NCBI GenBank assembly: GCA_013239625.1
Contig: MU054001.1
Coordinates: 5,124,167-5,188,166 of the forward strand
DNA from: Lama guanicoe
Taxonomy: Eukaryota
Reading direction: 5' to 3'
Length of the DNA: 64,000 nt
The translations under genes and the position numbers were made by a program. How positions within the stretch are numbered: position 1 is the first letter of the stretch; each line of letters begins with the position of its first letter. Of the stretch, positions 35,926 to 49,029 are shown one piece after another. The notes beneath the pieces were generated by a model. It saw nothing but the letters and a program-made list of their open reading frames with translations, made no database searches and was not told where the DNA came from.

Positions 35926-38900
35926 GCTGCCTGGGCTCCCTCGCTCCCAGGGCTCAGCTTTGCCCAGACAGCGCACTCTTGCACTTAAGAGGCTCAGCCT
36001 GGCTCTCGGCTGCACTCCAGCCTGGACTCTGTGGTCTGGTGAATTACTGAAGTCATTTCATGGGATCAGAAGGAACCTTCAAGGGCATTACCTTTGCCTC
36101 CTTCTTTTGTAGGAGAGAGGATGCTGATGCCCAGGGAGGATGATTGATGTGACCACCGAGGACACACAGCAACCCAGAAATCTTACCTGTCCACCTCCTG
36201 TGCTCTCCCTGTGCAGAAGGTCCCTTGCTTCCTCTGCCCCTTCCTCCCCTCGTTTTCAGGCAGGTTCCCTTTCTTCTCCCCAGCAAGATGGACAGAGCCT
36301 CAGCTTCTCTTTGGGGCTGGCACTTACAGAGACAGAGAACACCTGCAACTGGGTCACTTCAATAGCATTCAGGAAGGCACATGGCCTGTCTTGCGCTTAA
36401 GCAGGAAGTTGTCACCTAAGGGCGTGCAGCCACAAATTTGCATTTGGACTGCTGAACACGGACCGAATCCATCTCCACCTGAAAATCAAGGACTTAACTG
36501 GGATTGCCCCCTCTACTGCCCTCATGTGAGCCCTTTGCTCTCAGCAGCCCCTGCCTCAAACCTTTAAAAAAACAATCAGCATCTTTTAAGTGCCACTTTT
36601 CCCTGGCTTTGTGGTTGTTTTTCCTCCTCCTTCTCTCTCTCTCTTTTCAGTTGCCTTCAAAACAGAGAGGAGAAGCCTCTATTTGGCTCTGACAATAAGA
36701 TCTCCTGGTGCATTTTTCGCCTTGTGTTTTACTTCTGTCATTGATCAATAGACTTAAATGCCAGGCCTCCATCACAGCTGCAGACTTTGCCCAAAGTGTC
36801 TTGGCCCAGCGGAGCTTGTCTGCTTGAGTTCTGATGCTGAGAAATGTCACAGTCGGGAGGGGCTGGGAGCCTCTGTCAGTGTGCACAGGCTGGGGGCAGT
36901 GACAGCTCATTCAAGGCATCTCCAGGCATCCCACCGGCCCCGAGGGTTACCGCCGTGGACTGGAATGCATCCCTTTCTGGGGGCTGTTTGCAGCCATAGG
37001 TAAAGTCTGTCACAGCACAGTCATAGTGTGAGGGAAGCATCCATCGTGCCCATGGCAACCAAGCTGCATTCATCGGCTTGTCATGAAATCCTCGAGGAAA
37101 AAGAAGTCCCTGAGTCTAGGTCTCAGCTGAGGTATTCATCAGCATTGTGACCTGCCTGTCAGCCAGCTTACCTCGTCCTCAGTTTCCACAGCTCTAAAAC
37201 AGTTCCCCATCCCACCAGCAGTCTGAGAAATAAAAAAAGTCTAGGTGAAAGAGCTCTGGAAAGTGTAGAGGGCTATAGGAGGGGAAGCATGTCATCCTTA
37301 TCCTTGTGGAAAACTAAACAAGTGCTTTTTCAAACCTCCATCCACTTGTCTCTCGCTGCAGAAATGAATCAGGAACTGCATTATTTGCAGAACCATTCTC
37401 ACTTACTAAAGTGCCGTGAAAGTTAAAATGGTAGGTAGACGTGGAAAAAAGGAGAACTAAGAAGTGGCTAAACTATTCACGAATGCCTTTCAGGGAGGTA
37501 CCTTTCAGGGAAGCTCCCTTCCATTTGCCTCAAGTCCTAAACTCTAAACTCACCTCCCCATGAGAATGCCTTCCTCATGGGAAGGTCAGTCTTGCAGGGA
37601 AAGCGTGAGAAGGGTGCTGTGTGACATCTGTCTCCTATCCCCAGTTGGGATATGGTTGTCTTTACCTTTGCCAGTTTCTCCGTGAATCAGAGGGTGTCAG
37701 TCTCTGCTGCTTGAGTTTCATGAGCAGAAACTTCCGCAGCCAAGACTCCCGATGGCTGGTGTGGCATCGTGGACCAGATCTGAGATTTTCCCCCAGGGAA
37801 AGGGCACACCATCTGTTTGGGGGCAGAACTACAAAGAGGATATGTTCAAGAACCACTTGTCTCCGCCCACATGCCTGTCAACTCTTTGACCACCAAGGCT
37901 GAGAGCAGGGTCTTGCAGGCCAGGCCATCAGCGACAAGCTGACAATACAAGCAAGTCCATCTGGGTGGGTGGGTTTTCTCTGACTCAGAGAGTGTTCCTT
38001 CGGAGGGGGTGGCTGTTACTCAGCTCAGTACTTTGTTGCTAGGGTGACACAGTCCCAGAGCTGTTAGGTCCCCTGATGTTTCAAGAGAAGGCTAGAATGT
38101 GAAGTATGATGTAAAATTAGCCAAATTAGAAAAAAAATTTGTGGGCCACCAGCTGGCAACTTTTGGTCAAAAGTGATGCTGGGGTGGGAGAGGGCAGAAA
38201 TCTGGAAGGAGAGGCATGAACATGTCCATTTCCTTTTCCTGCTTTGAGATGACTGGATCCTAAAGGCAGGCCACCTTGAGCACAGACTCCCCATCTCTCT
38301 TCCCCCAGGCTGCCTCCCAGATTTCAGCAGTTACTACTCACAGCAATTCTCCATAGGACCATTGATTGGAATATCTATGAGCTCAGCGGTTGCCTCCTAC
38401 ACTGGCATTGGTTATACAGCCCCTGTCTTGAACGTTAGATGCAGCATCAAAACCCAACATTATATATCAGGCTGGTTGGGGTGGGAGGATGGAGGGGGCA
38501 TTGCCATAATTTTCAGAAGCTTCCTGATCATTTACATCTAGCTCAGTGGAGCCAATATCTACATGTATCTTCTCTATGAAAAGGAGACTATCCACATGCT
38601 GCATAGAAAAAGTAATTTAAAATAAAAGCTATTTAAATGGTTTCGCTTGGGAGTGAGTAAGTCTGGAGCGAGGGGCGTGCATGTGGAGCTCACTCTGCCA
38701 TTCACCACTATTAGTGAGGTTCCATCTTTAAACTACAAATTGTTCTGACACACGGGTAGTGGGGTGCAAATCTCCACTTTGTACTTATCCCACATGACAC
38801 AGAACACTGGACTTAATTGGTGATTTCAGCAATGCTCAAGAGTGATTTGGACTTCCTTGATTTTCACCTTGGTCTCTGAAGCCTACCTTCTGGTGAGAGA

Positions 38901-39302
38901 AGCCAACCCTGAAAGTAGGAGCTGAGTTTTGATCATTTAGAACTCACGCAAACAGATCCAGCAGTGCCTCTCACATGGCTCATGAGAAAAGTGAGGGGCA
39001 GAGATGCAGTTTGGGTGCTGGACCCTGAGAGGCCATTAATGACGTCACCAGGCTGGTTGTGGGGATGACAGAACTGTTGTCCTGCAGTTGCCTACAACAT
39101 CTTGGCAGATTTCATCAAAATCGGGTGTGTCAATGGGAGATTATAAAACAGATCAGAGTCACTCCATCTCTCTGACTCTTTCTGTACCTTTGCCTCTCTT
39201 GGGAAATAACCTAGTGCAGATTCTCTAAAGGCCCACTCTCCCCTTTTCTTCCTCCTTCCCTTCCAAGAGGGAAGCTGCTCTGTATTTCTTTTCCCCTTTT
39301 GT

Positions 39303-39468
39303 ATTTTTTTTTTAATTGAAGTATAGTCAGTTTACAATGTTGCATCAATTTCTGGTGCACAGCATAATGTTTCAGTCATACATGTACATACATATATTCG
39401 TTTTCACATTTTTTTCATTATAGGTTACTACAAGATATTGAATATAGTTCCCTGTGCTATACAGAAGA
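39303..39468 (-). mobile_element. Short L1 3' end (camelid type)
   Basis: T tract plus 'aattgaagtatagtcagtttacaatgttg...ccctgtgctatacag'. Confidence 0.85.
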
Positions 39469-40076
39469 GTCTCTGTGTACTTTTTACACTTCATTCAATT
39501 CTAACATACATGGACGACATACACCACTGTTCCACGGGTACTCAGGCTTACTTAATGGTACCAAGCAGCCATGCCCCTTTCCAGCTGGCCTTATGCTATT
39601 CTTCTTCGCTCTCTTGTAAAGCAACCTTGCCCAATTCTCTGAATGCACTTGGAGTCCTGCACCCTCCAGGATGCATCCCTGGATATGCCAGCACTTACCG
39701 ACTCTCCTCTGGACACTTCCTTATAGGCTTTGGGAGGACCCAGCAGAAAACTAGAGACATCCCCTGGCAACAACAACATCAGCTCTCCAGGAAGAGGGCT
39801 GTTGACCAACTGGCTATTTTATCCTCTTATCTCACAGCTTAGTCACACGTTTGGGGAGACTTTAGAAACAGGGCTAGCTAGAATTTGGTTGAGATATTCT
39901 TTTCTCTTTGCCCAGATGTTTCCAGAACTGGTGTTCCTCAAAACCTACTGCACTTCATAACGACCCTGGTAAACCTGAGGTTTCTAGTCTGAGTTGGTAG
40001 CAAGAGGCTGTCTCCATTGGGCATACCTCTTTCTCACATCCAACATCAAGTTCTCAGGGGGAGAGTTAATGTCATC

Positions 40077-40245
40077 CAGTGTTTCTCATACCTGCCCCAG
40101 CATCCGGGCTGATGACAAGTGCAGATAGCCTAGGCCCCACGCCAGCTCTGCTGAAGCTGGATCTCTAAGAAAAGGTCCTAGAAATTTTACTGTTAAAATA
40201 AATATTCTAGGGAATTCTGATCAGCGAAGTTTGCAAAATGTTGAT
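40077..40245. mobile_element. hAT-Charlie MER5-like
   Basis: 'cagtgtttctca...gcagatagcctaggccccac...attctgatc..gaagtttg'. Confidence 0.5.
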
Positions 40246-40269
40246 CTAAAAAAGTAACCTTTCCCTCAG

Positions 40270-40745
40270 TATTTTATTCTGTTTGTTTTCAAACATACAG
40301 AAGAATCCAAAGAATTTTAGTGAACATCAGCATGCCCACAATCTAGATTCTACCACGGACATTTCACTACACTTGAGTTATTACATATCTATCTGCCTGT
40401 CCATTCCTCCCTCCAGCCAACAACCCATCATTGTTTTGGGAATGTTTTAATGCAAATCCCAGGCATTAGTACACTCTCCCCTAAATATTGCAGCATGTCT
40501 AGTATCAACTAGAGTTCAATATTTGCTTACAGTTTTTTTTCTTTTGAGATTAAATTTACAGATTGAAATGCACAAACCTTGCATGTGTTACTAGATGAGT
40601 TTTGGCAAATGCATTCATGCATGTAACCCAAACCCCTCTCAAGATACGGGCCATTTCATCACTCACATCCTCACACCCCTTCCCAGATAATTCCAGCTCC
40701 CACCCTTCAGAGACGATTATTTCTCTGGCCTTGTTCACCACAGCT
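40270..40745 (-). mobile_element. Old L1M(E) 3'UTR fragments
   Basis: 'ttttcaaacatacagaa' and 'tgaaatgcacaaacctt...gatgagttttggcaaatg...catgtaacc'. Confidence 0.6.
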
Positions 40746-42454
40746 TTGCCTTAATAAAAGCAAGTATTAAAATGCAGAAAAAAGCAACAAAACATTTTTT
40801 GTAGCAAAAATCATATCTGAATCTCCAATATTTTAAATGACTAAAGTAAAGATGCTACAGTGAGAGTCCTGACCCATCGGGCTCCATGTTGTCCCCCTAA
40901 GCATCCTCTGAGGTGTCACTCTGGTACCCTGGTGCCCCTAGAAATGCCTCTCAAAGCTGCTGCCTCAGAGGCCTGCTGCAGCAATGGTCGCCTTCCTTCC
41001 TTTGGGCCTGCCACTTTATTCTGGGGAAAACTTGCTCTTCTAAGTGGAAAAAAGATACTAGATTCCTAGCTACAGCTTGCTACAATAATTTTACAAAGAA
41101 GAAGGAACAAACACACAGTTCCAGTTATTATTTTTGGGGGGGAAACTTTCTCATTCAAATTTGGGCACATGGGTAACAGTTTCATTTCACAATCCTCAAT
41201 AAAGCTACCTGAACTCTGATTGTATCAGCCACCTCCGGCTACTTCTCTAGCACGCACCCTGTAATATAAGCCTGTAATTTTCACTGTGCAGCAGGGGCAG
41301 GCTTTATGGGCTGGGGGATGCAGCAGTCTCATCTTGCCGCCTGGTTGCCACAGGCTACTCGTGTGGAACAGAGCTCACCCTCCAAATGTCAGTGAGAATG
41401 AGGGAAAAGTTCCACCCCACCCCCATACAACTGGCCCTTCAGATGAGAGAAGGCAGCAGTCTCTTGGTCCTTCCGTCCATCTCCCAGGCTTTGCCGCCTG
41501 GACTGTTCAGCTCATTTCGACTTCCCAGGCTCCCCGAGTCAGTTGCCCATGGGATCCTGGGGAGCTTTACTGACCCCCAGCCCTGCTTCTCCAGGTTTTG
41601 GTTTTCCATTTCCACAGCTGCTCCTTGAGATGTGGGTCTAGTCTTAATACACAAAGCAGATTTTCAATGACTGCTTAATTGTTACATAAGAGCCTGGATG
41701 CATCATGACCTCATCACCACACAGTCCCCATCCCTCCGCCCCAGGCCAGATCCCTGCCATTCATTTTAGGCAGCCAGTTATTGCTTCCAGAGCTGCAGCA
41801 TGGCCTCTCTTGACCTTAGCAGTGAAAGGGGGATTTTAATCAGGCAGAGCAAAAGTCATAACTACCCCAAGAGCCTTGGCTGTCCATTTTTGGACAGTAG
41901 TGTTACTAGTGAATCAGGACATCAGGGAAGGACAGTGGGTAGATCAAGGCTCTGTCTCCTGATACTAAGCATGGCTCTTTGTTCGCTTATATTTCAGGCT
42001 ATGTCTGATTGTAATTATCCATCCGTGGAAGTGCTGGCTGAGCCTAAATCCCTAATATAGAATTCAAATGTGTTTGCAACAATTCAAACACATTTAGCAA
42101 GTGGAAGACGCAGTCCACAGACACCTGAGTACAGGAACTATGTCTGTCCTTTATTTGCTTTGAATTCTGAGCTTGCCTCTTATCAGGTCAGTGGGGAATT
42201 CAATCTCAGCCATGAAAAGTCTTTGTGGAGCTGCTGGTGCTGTAGTCATTAATGCTATTGGTCAAATATTCTGGTCCTTTTTCCCCTTTCTGATTTTTAC
42301 CTCCTGAGTCTCTTTTGGTTGGATGGAGTCTGTTGACAATTTCTGAACAATGATTTGTGAATAAAAGAGATTAATATGATTCTTGGCTCCATGAGAACCA
42401 GCAGCCTGTCTGTACCTCACATTTGGAGGAGGAAAGTGTGATATAGGGGGAAAG

Positions 42455-42660
42455 CCTGGGGCTTGAATTAAAATCCTGGCTTTGTGACTGCCCTGCCATC
42501 GGGCCTTGGCAAGTGACATGCCTGAGTCACCATTTTCTTACTTACCAAGTGGTACCTGGGATGCTTATTACTCCATGGGGCACTTGAGGAGTAAGTGGAA
42601 TCCTTTTTGTAAAGCCCCTAGTAGAGCACCTGGAACATAGTAGGAACATAACATATATGA
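42455..42660 (+). mobile_element. MIR SINE
   Basis: 'ccttggcaagtgac...gtaaagcccctagtagagcacctggaacatagtagg'. Confidence 0.55.
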
Positions 42661-43094
42661 GTTGCCTTTTGCCAGCCAGTAGTAGTCTCACAGTATCTCT
42701 CTTCAGATGTCTCGAGAGAGGTGTGGGTGGCACTGGGCTCTAGACAGCTAATGTCTCCCTCAGAGTCTGCCAGGTTCTATTGCAGAGTCATGTCAGAACA
42801 ATACCAGGTAAGATCCTTACTAGAAAGGAAGTGGGCAGGTGCTGGGAGTGCACTGGTTCTCTGCATCAGGTTGCTATTTCAACGGACTGTTAAGTGTCAA
42901 GTGAATGTTTTCCTCGTGCTTTTAGATCTCACCTAGACCATCTCTCTGCGATCCCAGCGAGAAGAGGTTGGCAGTCTTGATTCACTTGCAGGGTGCACAC
43001 TGTGTCTTGGAAGAGGGGAGTTAACCAGGTCTATGCATTAAGACAAAATCAAATCTCTAGCTTTGGAGGTTTGTATGAATTATGCTATTAAAAA

Positions 43095-43400
43095 TATGCA
43101 TGTATGTATTCATGAATTCAGAGATATTTATCAAGACCCCATTATGTATCAGGTACTGTTCCAGAATCTAAGGATACGGGGATAAATAAAAGAGATAAAT
43201 AACCCTCTCCTCATGGAGTTTACACTCTAGTGGGGGACACAGAAAATAAGTAAGATAAATGAGTAAAATAAAAGAGAAGTTAAATAGCAATAAATGCTAA
43301 GGAGAAAGATTAGAGCAGGGAAGGGAAAAAAAGAAATGCTGTACTTTAGATTGGACAGCCTATGAAGGCCTCAGGAGAAAGAGACTTCTGAGCATCTCCA
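43095..43400 (-). mobile_element. L2 3' end
   Basis: 'atatttatcaag...tatgtatcaggtactgttc...ctcatggagtttacactctagtgggg'. Confidence 0.75.
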
Positions 43401-43829
43401 GATATCAGCATCCCCAGACTGAAAATGCCTCTGCCATGCCCCATCTCCCACCACCGTTCCCGATAAACCCAAAATGATGACCGTGTGACTGGTACTGGAT
43501 GTGCATGTGACTGGTACAGGAATAATCAGAGGAAAGGTGAGCAGAAAAAAAGTGCACTCGAGGAAAGATGGTAGGAGTGCTGGGTGCAGAGATGACCCTG
43601 AAAGGGTGAAGCCATGCTCACTCATTCAGTTGTTCACCAAAAACCTATTTATGCCATATGTATATGCCAATTAGATATGCATGCAATTTTGTGTGTGTTG
43701 GGTGTGGGCGGCGGGGGGACGGGGGTGGTATTTAGGCTGTGTCGGGGCCCTGTCCGTGGTGCTGAAGTCCTCAACCCATTAGAATACCTGCCATTAAGGG
43801 AGCTGCTGAGGAAAGGGGTCCAGATAAAT

Positions 43830-44080
43830 ATTAGTAACAGCAAACACTTATATAAAGTGTACTGCCTGTCAAGCCCTATTCTAAGGCTTTGCATATGTTA
43901 AGTCATTTACTTCTTACCATAGCCCTACGAGATAGGAACTATTATTATTCCTATTTTGCAGATGAGGCAACCAGAAAAGAGAGAGGTTAATTGCTTGTCT
44001 CAAGTCACACACCTAGCAAGTATCAGAGCCAGGAATCTGAACTCAAGCAATCTTGTTCTGAAGCCTTTGCTCTTAATTAC
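43830..44080 (-). mobile_element. MIR SINE, near full length
   Basis: 'attattcctattttgcagatgaggcaac...aggttaattgcttgtctcaagtcacac'. Confidence 0.85.
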
Positions 44081-44869
44081 TACACGGCATGTCCATAAAT
44101 AAAGACAACTGATGATTGTAATATGGAATGGTAAGTGCTAGGACAAAATTTGTACTTTTTTACATCATGGGTATTGAAAGAGAAGGGAGTAATCAGATTA
44201 TGACAAAGGGTCAAAGATTCAGGTGGGAAGAGGAACATCTCTTGTTTTCGCTTTCCTAGGTAAGAATGAAGCATACTTGGCTTGCCTGGGAAAAAGGAGT
44301 TTGGATGTTGGAGCCTGGCAGGGAACAGGAGAAGGAAACAGGAGGGTCCGTGTTCACACATCAACTCTGTCACCCTGTGGGAACTTGAAGTGTGTCTAGG
44401 AGGAGCTGTTAACAATGTTTGTTTCTGGTAAACACTTTTGTGCCTTGAGTTGACTATTTTTAAACTTTTCAAGCTCAGCCAACTTCAGGTGTGACATTTC
44501 AAAGCACTTGCCCAGCTTTCTATTAGGTGAGCAAATGGGGAGGGGGATAGAGGGAAGAACTTGAGACACTTCATTTGAAGAAACAATAAGCTAGAGTTTA
44601 CGACTGGTACTTTGGCTATTTGGTATACTTCTGATGAGCCAGGTATGGCAGAGAGTAAAAGGTGGGTGAAGTGGAATGGAATGCCCTTTATACCTTTTCC
44701 CCTCAATTTAACAACTACTGATGTGCCCACTGGCTCTCCACTCAGCTTTGTGCTGGGTGCCTACCTTCCTAGATGACTATGGTTGCATTATAGCAATAGT
44801 AGTTTCTGATGTACATTCATTTCCTTTTCCCCTACTTCTTGTTTTCCTGGTCAGTTTTTAGTCTCAAAC

Positions 44870-44872
<3 letters not shown>

Positions 44873-44912
<40 letters not shown>
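44873..44912. repeat. Poly(T)40 homopolymer
   Basis: 40 uninterrupted T. Confidence 0.95.
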
Positions 44913-44916
<4 letters not shown>

Positions 44917-46764
44917 CAGAGGATGCCAGGAGGGAACATATTTTCTAAATTTCAAGGGCTGCCCAATTTATAAATCAATAGCTAGGCCTGGCTACCCTGG
45001 ACTCTAGAGCTTCATTCCTGTCCATGTTAGAGAAAATTCAGGAGTTGATATAAAAGAGTGTCTAAAAGGAAAGAAGGAAAGAGACCTTTCTGGGAGAGAA
45101 GATGGAGGAAGGGAGGTAAGAAGTCTGAAGTGGAGGGTCTGGATCACTCCTTGTGGGGGTGGTTATAGAGATCTAGGAAAGTACTCCCATAAGTTTGGAT
45201 GACTTCCAGTTCAGGAGAACTTTATTTATTAAGATTCAGTCTGGGAAATATTGCAAGCTCTTAAGAAAGATCATGTCAACATGGAGCTAGAACAACATGG
45301 GTGCACACAATTTGAAGCTTGGACTAGCAGAGGAAATTATATAAACAGTGAGAGAGGCTTAGCATTAGTATTTCTCAAGCCTTCTTGACTCTACTTAGTC
45401 GTGGAAGAAGCACAAAGATCTCATAGGCTTTCTAAGGGGATGAGGCTGGTAGCTGGGTTGCCTAGAGCTTTTGTGGGACTGTGGCAGCTGGGACCTAGAA
45501 AGGCTTGGTTCTTTGCAACATTATACATCTTACCACTATGGCTACAGAGGTGGGTATCAAAACACAGCCACCTCCAAAACAAACAGGCCAGAACCTCTCC
45601 CCACCCTTCTCCTGCCTCTTCATCACTAGGCCACCACACAAAATCCCTTTTGAACTCAGCATCACCTAGAAATACAAAAAAGAATGTGGAGAGAAGATAG
45701 CCCTTATTACCTTTTGAATTTCCTAAATATTTACCTAAGAATGTTAGTGATCCTTTGATACTGATATGCCCAATGGAAAGTTTAAATTCCTCACACCCTA
45801 TCACCATTCAATAGGATGAGATTCATAGGAAATTTTACTCAGTTACAAAATATAGAGGATGCCACAATATTGTACATTGAGTATGACATTGGAGTTATTG
45901 ATCTCACAGTTTGGTCTAATTTAGGGGATCAGACATAAAACAAAAGGCAGGGCAGCTGAGGGTCGGTGGGTGCCCGATGAGTGGGTCAGACAATGAGCAT
46001 GTTGAAGACACTGGAAGAGTGATCTGTGTATTCTAGTATAAGCTTGAGGAAGGAAGGCTCCCTGCAGGAGGAAGAGTTCAGCTGCCTAGAAAGAGTGGCA
46101 GGATTGTGATCAAGTCACAACCCACCTCAGGGTCTCATGACTGGACATTGGGCTATTTCTATCTGCCCTGGGTGGCTCATAGTTTTTGTGTGTGTGAGAT
46201 TCAAATGATATTGTGGATACCAAAAAAACCATGAAGACAGCTGAAAAATTAAAAAGAGATTCAGATGTGCTGTGGGTGGCTGGCATGCCTCTTGACTACT
46301 TTCCCCCTTTCACAAGAAGCTCGGGCACAGCCTGTTCCACTGCTCTCTTAAAAAGTCTGTAGGGCAGGGAGCCTTCTTCCTGCCCAAGGCTGGTAAACAC
46401 TTCACAGGAACTTGGTGTCCACGGAGGAAAGGGAGGTCGTAGGGGGTCAGAGGGCTGGAGATGGAATGAGGAGGCAGCTAAATGGGGAAAGTTGAAAAGG
46501 CTGTGAAGAGCCCTTATCCATCTTTCCGAGTTGGGGCTGAGAGGTGGGGAGGCCCCCTTCTGCTGATTTCTACAGTTCTATTTTAGAGGCCTCTGGGGTC
46601 ATATTTTGAATGACAGAGTCTTTAGTGATAAAAGTGTTTTTCATGAACTATTCACACACTTGAGGGTCACATGTGACCCTAAGAAGGAAATTGAGTAAAA
46701 CCCATCACCCCCCAGGACACTGAAGAAGCAGTGTAGAACTAGACTTTCCTCAATGGCCTCTTTT

Positions 46765-47150
46765 CTCCATTTTGTAAATGATAGAAAATGTCAAAAGCTT
46801 AAAAGCATACAGAGTATTCTGTTTAACATGTGCAATCAACCCCACAATGAATGAATATTGATATTTTGTCATACCTGCTCCAGCTTAAATTTAAGGACAT
46901 AGTTGTTTACTTTTTTAAACCTTCACACATCTGTCTTTCTCTCCTCCTCAGAGAGAACTACTTTATGAAGTTTGTGGTTATCCTTCCTGTTTCTGTCTCT
47001 ATTATTTATGAATGCATCAACAAACACGTGGTATTAACATATACGCTTTAAGATTTTTTCATAAATGATAGCATTTAGAATGCATAATTCCACAACTTGC
47101 TTTTTCCATTCAACCTTTTTTTGATATCATTCTCTATTAATTCATGTAGT
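46765..47150 (-). mobile_element. Old L1ME-type 3'UTR fragment
   Basis: 'ttttcataaatgatagcat...caacttgctttttccattcaac'. Confidence 0.55.
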
Positions 47151-47157
47151 TAGAGTC

Positions 47158-47563
47158 TCCTATGGGCTGAACTGTGTCCTCTCCAAATTCATATGTTGAA
47201 ATCTTAACCCCCAGTACCTCAGAATGTGGCTGTATTTGTACATAGGGTCTTTAAAGAGATAACTACGTTAAAACAAGGTGATTCGTGTAGACGCTAATCC
47301 AACATGACTGGTGTCCTGATAAGAAGAGGACATTTGGACACAGATACACACAGAGACAAGACTGTGTGATGACATAGGGAGAAAATGGTCATCAACAAGC
47401 CAGGCGGAGAGCGTGGAACTCATCCCTCCCTCATGGTCCTCAGAAGAAACCAACCCTGCCAACACCATGATCTTGGACTTCCAGCCTCCAGAACTGTGAG
47501 AAAATACATTTCTGTCATTTAGGGCCCCAGTCTTTGTTATGGCGGCCTTAGCACACTAATAGG
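47158..47563 (+). mobile_element. MLT1B-like solo LTR
   Basis: 'tatgggctgaactgtgtcc...cccccagtacctcagaatgtg...cttggacttccagcctccagaactgtgag'; 5-bp flanks GAGTC (47153-47157) and GACTC (47564-47568). Confidence 0.9.
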
Positions 47564-49029
47564 GACTCCACCCTACAAGGGGATATTAGTGGGAGGCTAA
47601 TGGCTGTTCGTGGACTAGTATCTCACTTTTCCTTGGGATTTGTGGATTTTATCAGAGGAGTTTACAAAGGCCTTAATGCCACCACTTTGTTGGGGTGGAG
47701 TTGTAGGTACTGTCACATGTTTTTGGAGAGTAAGTTTTGGGGTTAGGAATTCTCCCAGTGCCCCATAATTGTCCCCAGGAAATTGGTCTCCTACCATGAT
47801 TACACAAAGTGACCTAAGCCAGAGGCTGCCACAACATCAGCCACGTCCAAAGAGCATTAGACACTGTCTTCTAAATCCTTTCTAATCTTCCAAGTCTGAG
47901 CTACTCCTCCAGGGGCTGCTCTTAGTTCAAAAGATCAATGTAAGAAGTAATGAACACATTTCAGAGGCCTCACATATAACACGGAGCAGGCCCTGAAAAA
48001 GTAGAAGACAACTTCACAAATCCCGGAGCCAGGACTGGGACCTGATGTGTCATTTTTAACAAGGAATTTGGGGAGCTGCAGAGGAGGTCCCTGTACCTCT
48101 AACACTGGCCCACAACCTGAAGAAAACACCTGGGTAGATTTCATCCAGTCACAGGCCAAGAAAGACAACAGACTTGCTCATAGCAATCTTGCAAGGACCC
48201 ACCTCCTGGTCTTGCTGCAAGAATGGGATAAAATAACAACTGATATGAAAGCTCTTTGTGTGCAGGCAGCTTGTAAAAACCCACAGATTTTCCTTGAAAC
48301 TTCAATGTTCCATCACAGCCCAAAGCATTTAAAATTCTCAGAGGGAAAGGACGTGTTTGGTCTCTTTCAGAAGCATTTTGGAGGCATTGTTTATAATGAA
48401 AAATCAGAAACATCCTGAATGTCCACAGAAGAAGATCTTTAAAAGTGAAATTTGTTAAATAAAGTAAACTACTGTATATTTGTATCAATGGAGACACTAA
48501 AAATGGTATTTACTGAAATGAAAAGATGTTGAAGAAATGGTGTTACTTGGAAAAAAGATTCCTTTTTTTCAAAACAATGAGTACACTGTAATTCCATTTT
48601 TATTTTAAAATAATACATTGATAAGAAAGAGACTAAATAATTATAAATAAAAATGATGACTAAGCTATCTCTGAGTGGTAGGTTTATAGATGTTTATATG
48701 TTTTCTCCTTGTTTTTCTTTTGGGACATACACACACATACGCACACAAATTTCACAAAGAATAATTTATTCACTTTGGACTTTAGTCCCTCTCCACATAG
48801 TGAGAGAGAATGATAAACTAGGTAATCTTTAGGTCTGTACCAGTTGTGACATTTCAAGACTACGATTCTGAAGAATGAGAAATTAGTTGGACCTCATGAC
48901 ATAAAATGTGATTACCAGAAGACTATCTACTTGATTAAAAAAAGAAGTGGTTGGAGGACACAGAGTTGAGTGCCACACCCACACAACCCATGATCTTTTG
49001 TGCTGTTGTGAGAAAAAAGTAATTGTTCA

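Noticed and set aside
37552..37586. 12/13-bp stem-loop as a miRNA or other structured RNA
   Set aside because: The stem is too short for a pre-miRNA and I recognise no family.
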